DNA from: Candidatus Latescibacterota bacterium
GTDB lineage: Bacteria; Latescibacterota; UBA2968; GCA-2709665
Reading direction: 5' to 3'
Assembly (NCBI GenBank): GCA_965205485.1
Contig: OZ242180.1
Span: 4,992,001 to 5,056,000 of the forward strand
Length of the DNA stretch: 64,000 nucleotides
Of the stretch, positions 8,940-18,054 are shown piece by piece. The notes under the pieces were generated by a model that had not been told where the DNA came from, made no database searches, and was given only the letters and a program-made list of their open reading frames with translations. Position numbers and translations under genes: made by a program. Numbering within the stretch: the stretch's first letter is position 1; each line of letters begins with the position of its first letter.

Positions 8940-11105
8940 ATGCTGGCGGCCTATGAGATATTCGACGCCGTTTCCCGTGTTGTGGTGTCCTCCGCGCTTG
9001 ACGGTCTCTGGAAGGGCATGGTCGTCACGATTGCCGTCGCGTGCCTGCTGAGCCTGGTCCGGTGGCTGAACGCCCGGACCCGGTACGTGATCTGGACGGC
9101 CACGATGATGGTGGTATTCGGACTGCACTGGACCGGAATCTGGAGTCCGCCGGATCGTGCGGCCACCGCAAGGATGTGGTTCAAGGCCGCGGAAACGGAC
9201 GTTCACGAGAAACCCGGTTCACGGACGCCGGGCAATGCGGACGCCTTTGAATCGTCGCCTGGCGCTGATCAGCCGAAACACATGGATCGCTCGTGGCCGG
9301 CGTCTGCGCCGGAACCGCGAGGCTGGTGGCCGCCGGCGGTCTTCGCGGTCTGGATGCTGGTTGCGTTGGCGCTTTCTGCCAGACTCTCTCTGGGTTTTCG
9401 GCTCCTCCGGCGCCTCAAACGGAGCGCAAAACCCCTTCCCGCCCGATATCAGGACAGATTACGCCGTCTGATCCGCTCCTGCGAGACGCGTCGCTGGGTG
9501 CGCCTCTGCAGTTCCACACAGGTGGTCGCTCCCGCGGCGACGGGTCTCTTCAGACCTGTGATTCTGATCCCCGAGTCCATGCTGGAGCGGCTGACGGAGG
9601 CGGAATTCGATCAGATAGTCCTGCACGAACTGGCGCACCTGCACCGGCTGGATGACTGGTCCAGGCTCCTGCAGGCGATTGTCGGTTGCGTTTTGTTCTT
9701 CCATCCTGCCGTTTGGTGGATCGGTCGACAGATGGACCTTGAGCGAGAAGTCGCGTGCGACGATACTGTGGTCGGCATAACCGGAGGAGCCAGAGGTTAC
9801 GCGGTCTGCCTCACCCGGCTGACCGAGATGTTGGCATCGCCGGTCGGGTTGACGATGGGAATCGGCGCCGCCGGAGACCGGAAGCAGGTCGTTCGGCGGG
9901 TCTCACGGCTGTTGAAAGCCCCGGGCGGCCGCGATCGGCGGCTGTCACGGGCCGGCCTCGTGCTGGCTTTCGGTCTGGTCCTTGCGGTATTGACACACTG
10001 CGGAGGCGGGCCCGCGGTCGAGGTGCCTGGCCGGTCGGAAGCCTTCGTCAGGCTGGCAACCATCAAGGACCGGCTGCTGTCATTCCTGCGGCTGGACGGC
10101 CTGCCCTCCAGTTCCGGGCGCTCGGACCTGGTTACGGTAATTGCGGATTCCATGGATGCCCGCATGTTGGGTAATCCCATCCGCGGCGTCTTCGAGAGGA
10201 TTATACGGACACCCGGTAAGGAGCGGCTATATCATGTCTCGTTCGTACGCGCGGGAGACTTCCGGGCGTTGCGTCGCAGGAATATCGTGATCGCGGCGCC
10301 GCTAGACGGAGACCACGAAGCAGCCAGGCTGGTACGCTCGCTGGTTCCGGACGGAAGGAGAGAAGCCATCCGAAACGGCGCGGCGCCAATTGTCATCCGC
10401 CGTGACGTGTGGGCGGACGACCAGGTCGTCGCGCTGATTACGGGCGAGGACCGCGGTGCGTTGAAAGCCAACTTCCTGACGGAAGCGGACCGGATTTACG
10501 GCGCGGTCGACGGGAAGCGGGATGAATGGGTCGCCGACATACTCTATCGATTCGGCGAACGAGAGACGCTCGCTTCGGAGTTGGCGGAGCGGTTCGGATG
10601 GCGCGTGCGAGTACCCTTCGGGTTCAATTTGATCGACACCCATGCCGATAGCGGGTTTGTCGTGTTCACGCGAACCCACGCCCGCGTGACGCAATGGATG
10701 TTTGTCTACCGCGAGGACGGAGTCAGGCCGGACCGGCTGACGGAGGCGTGGTGCATCCGGAAACGGAACGAGATCGCCGCGAGGTTTTTCGAAAACGACA
10801 TTGTGGATCCAACCGGTCTGACCGTGAGTCAGCGTGAGCTCGGAAGCCGGTTGGCCGTGTATCTGGAAGGACTGTGGCAGAACGACCTCTCGTGGAAGGG
10901 GGGACCGTTCAGAAGCTACGTATTGGTCGACGAGAAGAAGGACCGGCTCTATTTTCTGGACCTCGGGGTTTACGGCCCAAACAGAAGAAAAGAGACCTAT
11001 CTTCGTCAACTGGACGTTGTGGCCAGGACGTTCGAAACGGGGCCGTTCTACGAGGACCGGCTCGCGACGACGGGGACCCATGTCACGCACGGCATCGATG
11101 ACTGA
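8940..11105 (+). CDS. BlaR1-like M56 peptidase fused to a DUF4837-like C-terminal domain
   Basis: TM helices, HELAH zinc motif, FFHPAVW, EREVACD; C-terminal GLW...GGPFRSY...YGPNRRK..YLRQL resembles DUF4837 lipoproteins. Confidence 0.85.
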   Translation: MLAAYEIFDAVSRVVVSSALDGLWKGMVVTIAVACLLSLVRWLNARTRYVIWTATMMVVFGLHWTGIWSPPDRAATARMWFKAAETDVHEKPGSRTPGNADAFESSPGADQPKHMDRSWPASAPEPRGWWPPAVFAVWMLVALALSARLSLGFRLLRRLKRSAKPLPARYQDRLRRLIRSCETRRWVRLCSSTQVVAPAATGLFRPVILIPESMLERLTEAEFDQIVLHELAHLHRLDDWSRLLQAIVGCVLFFHPAVWWIGRQMDLEREVACDDTVVGITGGARGYAVCLTRLTEMLASPVGLTMGIGAAGDRKQVVRRVSRLLKAPGGRDRRLSRAGLVLAFGLVLAVLTHCGGGPAVEVPGRSEAFVRLATIKDRLLSFLRLDGLPSSSGRSDLVTVIADSMDARMLGNPIRGVFERIIRTPGKERLYHVSFVRAGDFRALRRRNIVIAAPLDGDHEAARLVRSLVPDGRREAIRNGAAPIVIRRDVWADDQVVALITGEDRGALKANFLTEADRIYGAVDGKRDEWVADILYRFGERETLASELAERFGWRVRVPFGFNLIDTHADSGFVVFTRTHARVTQWMFVYREDGVRPDRLTEAWCIRKRNEIAARFFENDIVDPTGLTVSQRELGSRLAVYLEGLWQNDLSWKGGPFRSYVLVDEKKDRLYFLDLGVYGPNRRKETYLRQLDVVARTFETGPFYEDRLATTGTHVTHGIDD

Positions 11106-11147
11106 CATCCGCGCGGGCAGAGGATGCTCGCTTTTTTTTGATACTAA

Positions 11148-11163
11148 ATATTAATTCATTAAT
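11148..11163. promoter_or_regulatory. Third ATATTAA-N4-TTAAT box, upstream of the TlpA-like gene
   Basis: ATATTAATTCATTAAT; 17 of 19 nt match between 11146-11164 and 8422-8440. Confidence 0.6.
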
Positions 11164-11221
11164 TCTTTTTCTGGTCCGCTTGCGCGCGCGCGGACATGCA
11201 AAGAAGCCGCAAGGGAATGCG

Positions 11222-12028
11222 ATGAGACGAGCGAGAGGGTTTCCCCTGAAGCGCATCAATGCCGTTCTCACGACCCTGGTTCTCGGCCACATGTTCTACA
11301 TCTATACCACCTTTCCCTGAAAGATCCCTGTGTCCGTGGGTGCGGACGGAGAGGCGGATGCCGAACTGAAGAAGAGAGCGCCCGATTTTGTCCTCCAGGA
11401 TATCGATGGAAATCCCGTACGGGTCAGTGATTATGTGGGCAAGACCATTCTGATCGACTTCTGGGCGACATGGTGCGGGCCATGTGTTGATTCGCTGCCG
11501 CACCTGAACCGGGCGCACGTGTCAGAAACAGGTCTCGACCTTGTGGTCCTGGCGGTGAACATTGAATCTCTTGATATCGCTCGCAGATTCGTGGTGGAAA
11601 GGGACTATGACTTCATCACCTTGATTGATGAAGCAAACAAGGCCAGGAGACAGTACGGCGTCGATGCCATTCCGACGACGTTTCTGGTGGACAGGTTCGG
11701 TGTGTTGAGAGATCGGATCGTCGGAGGGTCCACTGTCTCACTGAAACTTGCGCTTTGGGGCGAGAAGCTGAGGCGATTGTTGGATATAAGAAGAGAACCG
11801 GGAACCCGAAAGGAGGCCGACGATGTTGCGTTACAAGAAGCCCGAAGCGGACCTGAAGCTGGCGTATCCCAAAGTCATGGCACGGAGTGTCGGAATTTCC
11901 ATCGTGTTTCTGCTGGTCCTTGCAGTGATGTTTCCCTCTTTCGAGATGGACACGCCGGCGCGGGTGCGCCGCCCCGAGGTGATCATTATCGAGACGATGC
12001 CCGATACCCGGCAACCGAACCGTCCTGA
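11222..12028 (+). CDS. TlpA/ResA-like thiol-disulfide oxidoreductase with in-frame TGA at 11318-11320 (recoded or pseudogene)
   Basis: AAGGGA + ATG 11222 encodes a basic/hydrophobic anchor; after the TGA the same frame continues KIPVSV...APDFVLQDIDG...DFWATWCGPC...IPTTFLVD; the frame runs about 200 nt into tonB. Confidence 0.7.
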
Positions 12029-12464
12029 GCCCGAACGGCCCGAAGTGCCGATCGAAACAGATGACGACGAGGTGCCCGAAGACGTGACCATCGAGTCGAC
12101 GGAACTGGACCTGAACCGCGTACCCGTGGATCTGCCGTCTCCCGTGCGCCGGAAGACCGCGCCTGTCGAGGAGGAAGTCCTGGACTTCTGGCGGGTTGAG
12201 CAGAAACCCTCGCTGACCCGTTTCACGATGCCGGTCTACCCTGAATTGGCGAGGAAAGCCGGACTGGAGGGGGTGGTGTTCGTGGCGTTCACGGTGGGCG
12301 CGGACGGAAGCGTCAGAAAGGTCCGTGCCGTACGAGGACCGGAGACCTTCAGGAAGGCGGCGATCGAGGCGGTTTCGCAGTTCGTATTCGAGCCGGCCGT
12401 GCAGAACGACCGCGCGGTCCCGGTGAAGATGTCGATGCCCATCCGGTTCCGGCTGAACGATTGA
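11823..12464 (+). CDS. tonB: Energy transducer TonB family protein
   Basis: N-terminal TM, Pro/Glu-rich linker, YPELARKAGLEGVV...FEPA..N...V TonB_C domain; AAAGGAGG RBS. Confidence 0.88.
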   Translation: MLRYKKPEADLKLAYPKVMARSVGISIVFLLVLAVMFPSFEMDTPARVRRPEVIIIETMPDTRQPNRPEPERPEVPIETDDDEVPEDVTIESTELDLNRVPVDLPSPVRRKTAPVEEEVLDFWRVEQKPSLTRFTMPVYPELARKAGLEGVVFVAFTVGADGSVRKVRAVRGPETFRKAAIEAVSQFVFEPAVQNDRAVPVKMSMPIRFRLND

Positions 12465-12478
12465 GCGTTACGGGGGCT

Positions 12479-13702
12479 CTACAGGTCGTTCGGATCAACC
12501 GTGAGGAGTTCCATGTGTTCCTTGTTGACCGAGTAGGCCACGATCAGCCGGTCCTGTTCGACCAGCACGCAGGGATACTGGTGGCCGTGCGCCTTGAGTG
12601 CGCCGGGAAACGCAATGGCGGTGGGTTCGTTGATCAGAAAGTACTGCCGCTCGAATTTCAAGCCGTCCGACGAAATGGAAATCATCAGGGGCACCCGGTT
12701 CAACAGGTCGGCAATGGCGTTGTTGATGAGGAAATAACGCCCGTCTGCGAGGCGTCCCGCGCTGACGCGGGACTTCGAGTCGGGAACATTCGACAGCATG
12801 GGCGGCGTCCAGCTTCGGCCGCCGTCCCGGCTGACCGCCACACGCAGCCTCATCTCGTCCGTCTCGTTCCGGTGGAACATGAATATCGCGCCATCGTCCG
12901 TTTCGTACCACGATGCTTCTCCGTACGGAAACCGTCCCGAATCCATTCCACGCGAACCGTCGTAGGGGATCTCCACGATCTCAGGACGATCCAGAGGATC
13001 CGCTCCAGGCCAGAGAAACACGATCGGGTGTCCTCGCCGTGACCCGGCGCACAGAAGCCTGCCCTCCCGCGTCAACCGCGGCGTCTCGAACCAGTAGCAG
13101 TCCCCGGCGACTTCGCGCTCCGTCCAGCTTTTGCCGTCACCGGATACGAAGAGACTAACGCTGCAGGTGATCCTGCTCTCGTCTCTGGCGCTCATCCCCG
13201 GTCTGCGCGCCTCCCCGCCCCCGGTTTTCGTCTGCACGAATGCGATGAGACGGTCGTCATAACCCATGATTCCACCAGTATTTCTCCACATCCTTCCCTG
13301 GGCGTCGCCAGGCGCCACGCAAACCGGCCGTGACCATGCGGCCAGATCCTCGCTGTGTGTAATCATGGTCCGCTGGCCAGGCGCCTCCTCGTCCAAGCGT
13401 CCGTTCGAGAAGACGTACCAGTATTTTCCACGCCATCTGCAGATGCCGGCCTGATGATTGTAGGTACCGAAACCCCGCGAACCTGTCGCCACACGAATTC
13501 GCCGGATCGGTGCCTGGTCGAACCATGCCGGCCAATCCCTTCCGTCGGGCCGGGTGCAACCCGCCTTTGCGAACTGCGACGTTACGAGGTTATCCCTTAC
13601 CCTCTGCCTGAGTTCGGGCGTGAGCATGGAGATACGTGTTTCCGTGTAAATGTCCGGTACGGGCATGACCGGATTCCTCTTGTTTGCTCGCGACTTCACC
13701 AT
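12479..13702 (-). CDS. BNR/Asp-box sialidase-like beta-propeller
   Basis: Asp boxes SEDLAAW, SGDGKSW, SRDGGRSW, SSDGLKF; C-terminal QYP; start could be ATG 13666. Confidence 0.8.
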   Translation of the reverse strand: MVKSRANKRNPVMPVPDIYTETRISMLTPELRQRVRDNLVTSQFAKAGCTRPDGRDWPAWFDQAPIRRIRVATGSRGFGTYNHQAGICRWRGKYWYVFSNGRLDEEAPGQRTMITHSEDLAAWSRPVCVAPGDAQGRMWRNTGGIMGYDDRLIAFVQTKTGGGEARRPGMSARDESRITCSVSLFVSGDGKSWTEREVAGDCYWFETPRLTREGRLLCAGSRRGHPIVFLWPGADPLDRPEIVEIPYDGSRGMDSGRFPYGEASWYETDDGAIFMFHRNETDEMRLRVAVSRDGGRSWTPPMLSNVPDSKSRVSAGRLADGRYFLINNAIADLLNRVPLMISISSDGLKFERQYFLINEPTAIAFPGALKAHGHQYPCVLVEQDRLIVAYSVNKEHMELLTVDPNDL

Positions 13703-13715
13703 TGGATGACGGCGG

Positions 13716-15326
13716 TCAATCGACGACGTTGACGACGACCTCGACTTCGTCTACCGTAATGTCGCTGGTTTCGGCGCGGTTTTTCTCGACCAGCCTGATG
13801 CCCAGGGTATTGTCGCCGTGGATTGCGGGCGGAGACGTCAGACCGACGCGGAATTCAGTGTATGGCGCCAGTGGACGCCCCTCCCACGCCGGTCGGCCTT
13901 GCGGATGCCAGATCGACCTGATCGCGCCGGCCGGAATCTCCCGGGCATTGAGCGATACGGCAATCTCATCCTCGGGTCTCTTTCCGATGGCTCTGAAAAT
14001 CAGCCAGGCGCCCGGGGGTTTGCCGGCGCGGTTGAATGTGCCCGCGTATACGCCGCGCTCGTCCAGAGGCAGGTCGGCTTCCTCCGGCAGGCGCTCGCAG
14101 ATCCGGAACGGGAATTCCGCGCTCGGACCGGACTCGCTCACGGTTGCACGGCGATGCGGGATGACGATGTTCCGGTAGCCCTTCGGGTGGAGTTCGTGCG
14201 CCCAGAGCGGCAGGAAGAGATAGTGCCTGTCTCCACCGGCAACCGCATCCGGGTCCTTGAGGGTGTTGAAATACCCCAACGCCCCGGGGTACATGTCCGC
14301 CGGACCGGGATAGCTCCTGCTGCGTAGCTGACCCCACATGTAGACGTCGTAGTTGTGCGTGGAAATCCCGTCGGCGCCGGATTCGTAGAAGTTGCGGACG
14401 GCGGCGCGGTAGTTGTCCAGCGACATGATCGTACAGTTTCCCGGCACGTCGGCCTGAATGGCGGGATAAAGGAAGCAGTTGGCGGCGCCGCGGACAATAC
14501 GGGCGAATTCGTCGACCTTCATATTGAAATTGGTGTAGTGGTAGTCGGTGGGCGCGACGTAGTCGACCAGCCCTTCCCCGACCCACGTGCGTACGTCGAA
14601 CCCGAAATGCCGGCATTCATCCAGCGTCGTGGGCACCCTGACACCCAAAAGGAGACGGCGGCCCCTCTTCCTGCTGTTCCTGTCCAGCATCGCCCGCAGG
14701 CGCCGCATGAAGTCGGACATCACCGGATGCCGGCTGCGGGCCTCGGAGGGCGGAAAACAGTACCCATGACGGACGAAATTGAGTTCAATGCCGTCCACGT
14801 CGAATCGGGCGGGTACCTCCTCGATGATTGAGAAAACCCAGTCCCGCACGTCGGACAGCGAGTAGTCAACGCCATGTCCGAGGTCCTTCAGGATCCACCG
14901 GGGATGCGCTTCGAAAAAGGGCTTGTTTACGCCGTGACGATCGTTCATCCGGAAGCCCGCGAGCAGCTCGATGCCCTGGTTGCGGGCTTCGTCGACGAAT
15001 GTGTCCAGGGGCATCACGCCGCCGTCCATCATCGCGTCGAATCGGCCGAATGCCGGCGACCGCCAGTTCGGGCATCTGCGGCTGCGGTAGTAGGCGATGA
15101 GGCCGTCGAAATACACTTCCGGGACATAGGCGTCGGCGCCTCCGGAAGCGATATTGCGTATCCACGCACGGAGGTGATCGGGTTCGGCCGGATCGCCGAA
15201 TAGGAAGGTACCCGTCCCGAAATGGGACCCCATGTCGCTGGTGTGAATGAGACGCCGGCTTCCCCTCGGAACGCCCCAGGGGATGCCTGAAGCCCGCGCT
15301 CGGTCGTTCGACGTTAGCTGCGCCAT
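13716..15326 (-). CDS. Putative glycoside hydrolase-like TIM barrel (GHL10-like)
   Basis: FRMNDRH, HPRW, DYS..VR, FDVDGIELNF, GADGIS..N motifs. Confidence 0.65.
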   Translation of the reverse strand: MAQLTSNDRARASGIPWGVPRGSRRLIHTSDMGSHFGTGTFLFGDPAEPDHLRAWIRNIASGGADAYVPEVYFDGLIAYYRSRRCPNWRSPAFGRFDAMMDGGVMPLDTFVDEARNQGIELLAGFRMNDRHGVNKPFFEAHPRWILKDLGHGVDYSLSDVRDWVFSIIEEVPARFDVDGIELNFVRHGYCFPPSEARSRHPVMSDFMRRLRAMLDRNSRKRGRRLLLGVRVPTTLDECRHFGFDVRTWVGEGLVDYVAPTDYHYTNFNMKVDEFARIVRGAANCFLYPAIQADVPGNCTIMSLDNYRAAVRNFYESGADGISTHNYDVYMWGQLRSRSYPGPADMYPGALGYFNTLKDPDAVAGGDRHYLFLPLWAHELHPKGYRNIVIPHRRATVSESGPSAEFPFRICERLPEEADLPLDERGVYAGTFNRAGKPPGAWLIFRAIGKRPEDEIAVSLNAREIPAGAIRSIWHPQGRPAWEGRPLAPYTEFRVGLTSPPAIHGDNTLGIRLVEKNRAETSDITVDEVEVVVNVVD

Positions 15327-15386
15327 GGCGGATCCAACCCTTGTGATCTGGATCGAGCGTTACGTCGGCCGGTATGGAGTTCCAAT

Positions 15387-15415
15387 TTGACTTTCTACCA
15401 TAACACGCTTATAGT
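15387..15415 (+). promoter_or_regulatory. sigma70-type promoter upstream of the HNH gene
   Basis: TTGACT-17 nt-TATAGT. Confidence 0.6.
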
Positions 15416-15482
15416 CAATGTGTTATTCGTGTTTTTGGATGCCGGATCGGTTGTCGGATTGGATCTTGAACAGTTCTGAACT

Positions 15483-16025
15483 ATGCACGGATGGTTACGC
15501 ATGGGACGCAGTCTCCCCCTTTGCCTGAATCAGTTGCAACTGCGTTTTTCCGATACCCAGCAGGTATCGGAAGAGCCGGTAATTCCGGCCCGATGCGTAC
15601 GGTGCGGCATCCTTGTTCAGGTCCCCGGGTGGATGATACGTCGAAAGGTGCGGCTCCACTTTTGCGGCAAAGCCTGCCTCGAGTCGTGGGCAACCGTAGA
15701 TTCGGATGTCGGGGAGCGACCGGCTTTGAAGGGCCGACCGCAATTCAGGGGTGGGAACTGGAAGGTTCTGGCCGCGCTGGCGAGAGAACGGGACGGCTTC
15801 CGCTGCCGGAACTGCGGTGTCACGGAGGAGACGCTGGGACGGCAACTCGACGTCCATCACAAGATACCGGTCCGGCTTTTCGCGTCTGCAGCGGCGGCCA
15901 ACCGTCCCGACAATCTGATCTCGGTCTGCCGGCCGTGCCACAAGCGTATGGAAGACAGGACGGCGGACGAACTTCCACTCTTCCGCGACGTGAGGCACCC
16001 CGGCCAGCGGCGGAATCGCGGATGA
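15483..16025 (+). CDS. HNH endonuclease with N-terminal Zn-finger
   Basis: CVRC...FCGKAC, then RDGFRCRNCG...LDVHHKIP...NRPDNLISVCRPCH. Confidence 0.88.
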   Translation: MHGWLRMGRSLPLCLNQLQLRFSDTQQVSEEPVIPARCVRCGILVQVPGWMIRRKVRLHFCGKACLESWATVDSDVGERPALKGRPQFRGGNWKVLAALARERDGFRCRNCGVTEETLGRQLDVHHKIPVRLFASAAAANRPDNLISVCRPCHKRMEDRTADELPLFRDVRHPGQRRNRG

Positions 16026-16048
16026 GGTTGAATGTCGGATAAAGGGCG

Positions 16049-17281
16049 CTAAAGTGCGTTCTTCTCTCCGAACAGGCGTTCACAGACCTTCCCGGCGCGT
16101 TCCTGGTAGCCGTCGGGGACAAAGACGTACAGCTTCCATAGGCGTTCGTACTGGTCCTCCACCGCCTTGACGTCGAACGGCGGACTGTCAAGGGGCTCAT
16201 TGAGACGCCGAACTCCGGTCTTCGTTTTCGTAAAGACCCTGGCCTCCTTGATGGAGGAAATGTCCGGACAGTACAGGATAACCTGATCGGGCTCGACCAC
16301 GATGGCGTCGGCAATTTCGCGTTCCACCCGCTGTCTCGACTCGACGGACCTGGTATACGATGCGATCAACTCATCCCTTGCGCGCCGGCCGATTTCTCCG
16401 GTGGACAATACGTATGCACGCTTCAGCAGATTGCGGTAGACCACGCCGCGGACCAGGCGTTCGATGCGCTCGTCCTTTCGCGCGATGAGAGACCGGAGAA
16501 GCCCGCCGTCGGTATGGTTCAGAATGTCCTCCTCCCGAAGGCCCAGTTGCACGGCCAACTCCACGGCCTTGGCAATCATCGCGCCGGACGCCACTTTCGC
16601 ATGGTGGAAGTAGACACGTTCGGTCAGGAAATATCGCAGGCGAAGCAGATGAAGCAGTTCCGTCCGGGTGCTGAGTTTCTCGAGGTTGATGGCGAGCTTG
16701 TTGTCAGCAACGATGAAAGTACTCAGAATGCGGTCGTCGTAGTCGTGCTTCAGGCCCGCGAAATAGGCGTCGCGGCGCAGGTAGTCCAGCAGGTCCGCGT
16801 CGACTGTGCTGCTAACGATCTGCCGCATCCAGGGCGGATCGAATCCGCGTTCGGTCAGGAGGGCGACCACCTCCTCTCGCTGACCGGATGCGTCGAGTGC
16901 GCCTGCCAGCTGGTCCTGCGAAAGCGCCCGCCGCATCCGTTCCGCCGAATCGTGGCGCGGAAAAAGCTTGCGTTCGTCTTCGAAGGTATGGCCGAACGGG
17001 AGATGAGACACGTCGTGGACGAGCGCCGCCAGAACAACCGTTGTCTCCTGTTCGGGGCTCACGCCGGTCCCGGAGCCTCTGAGGACGCCGACAATGTGCC
17101 TTGCCATCGCGGCCGTGCCCAGGGAGTGTTCGAACCGGGTATGCGTACACCCCGGATAGACGAGATGGGCCGTGCCCGTCTGTCGGATGCCCCGCAGCCG
17201 CTGGAACTGGCGGGTATCCATCAGCCGGCGTTCCACCTCCCCAAACCGGATGTCGCCGTGGATCGGATCTCGAATGATCAT
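16049..17281 (-). CDS. HD-domain phosphohydrolase, SAMHD1/COG1078-like dNTP triphosphohydrolase
   Basis: IRDPIHG, FQRLRGIRQ, HTRFEHSLG, HDVSHLPFGH, DADLLDYLRRD, VYFHH. Confidence 0.9.
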   Translation of the reverse strand: MIIRDPIHGDIRFGEVERRLMDTRQFQRLRGIRQTGTAHLVYPGCTHTRFEHSLGTAAMARHIVGVLRGSGTGVSPEQETTVVLAALVHDVSHLPFGHTFEDERKLFPRHDSAERMRRALSQDQLAGALDASGQREEVVALLTERGFDPPWMRQIVSSTVDADLLDYLRRDAYFAGLKHDYDDRILSTFIVADNKLAINLEKLSTRTELLHLLRLRYFLTERVYFHHAKVASGAMIAKAVELAVQLGLREEDILNHTDGGLLRSLIARKDERIERLVRGVVYRNLLKRAYVLSTGEIGRRARDELIASYTRSVESRQRVEREIADAIVVEPDQVILYCPDISSIKEARVFTKTKTGVRRLNEPLDSPPFDVKAVEDQYERLWKLYVFVPDGYQERAGKVCERLFGEKNAL

Positions 17282-17384
17282 TGATCGGAGCCTCGATAAC
17301 CAGATGCCGCCGCCGCCCACATGCCCGCCAGCCGTCCAAAGGTAACCAATCGGCCGACACGTGGCAACGCAAACGCACCATGCG

Positions 17385-17421
17385 AAACGGGCCGCCGGTG
17401 AAGGAGCCCGGCAGCCCGTTT
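17385..17421 (-). terminator. Hairpin after the OMP gene (probable terminator)
   Basis: Minus strand AAACGGGCTGCCGG...CCGGCGGCCCGTTT; short U tail. Confidence 0.5.
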
Positions 17422-17448
17422 GTGTGCGTTGACACTCAATGCAGTTGC

Positions 17449-18003
17449 TCAGAAGTAGAATTTCAGGCCGGCGTACAGTCGATCGATTTCCGTTGTATTG
17501 CCGTCGGAGAAGATGAAGTCCCGTTTGTAGTTCAGGCCCAGGCGTATCCGGTCGTTGACGATGATATCGATGCCTGCGCCGGGAGCAAGGCCGAAGTTGC
17601 TTTCGCCATCCTCGGGCCTGTAGAGTCCCGCCTGTGCGGAGAAATAATATACGAACGGATCGGCGTTATAGTCCAGGCGTGAACCCAGGCTGTAAATTGA
17701 CAGCTTTCTGTCTGAAAGATACGCATAACCGCCTTCGATCGCCAGCCAGCCGTCCCTCTCGTATCCCAGGTTCAGGCTGTAAAGGAGCCCGGTGCGGTTC
17801 CCGTCCGCGTTGCTGTCGAAAATCCCGGAGCCGAACGCCGGGCTGACGTAGATTCGTCCTTCCGGACCGCCGAACGGGTAGCCGCCGCGGCCCAGTTCGC
17901 TGCCCTCCGGGCCGTCGGTCCGGCCCGGCTCTCCGGCGTTCAGCGGCAGGCAGACCAGGGCGCTGCAGATGGTGAAGATCAGGGTGAGGCTTGCGGTTTT
18001 CAT
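17449..18003 (-). CDS. Small outer-membrane beta-barrel protein
   Basis: Signal peptide, alternating beta strands, C-terminal YAGLKFYF. Confidence 0.8.
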   Translation of the reverse strand: MKTASLTLIFTICSALVCLPLNAGEPGRTDGPEGSELGRGGYPFGGPEGRIYVSPAFGSGIFDSNADGNRTGLLYSLNLGYERDGWLAIEGGYAYLSDRKLSIYSLGSRLDYNADPFVYYFSAQAGLYRPEDGESNFGLAPGAGIDIIVNDRIRLGLNYKRDFIFSDGNTTEIDRLYAGLKFYF

Positions 18004-18054
18004 GTCGAATCTCCTTTTGCGTTAGACTGGGGTACGATACCGACAGCCTTCGGA

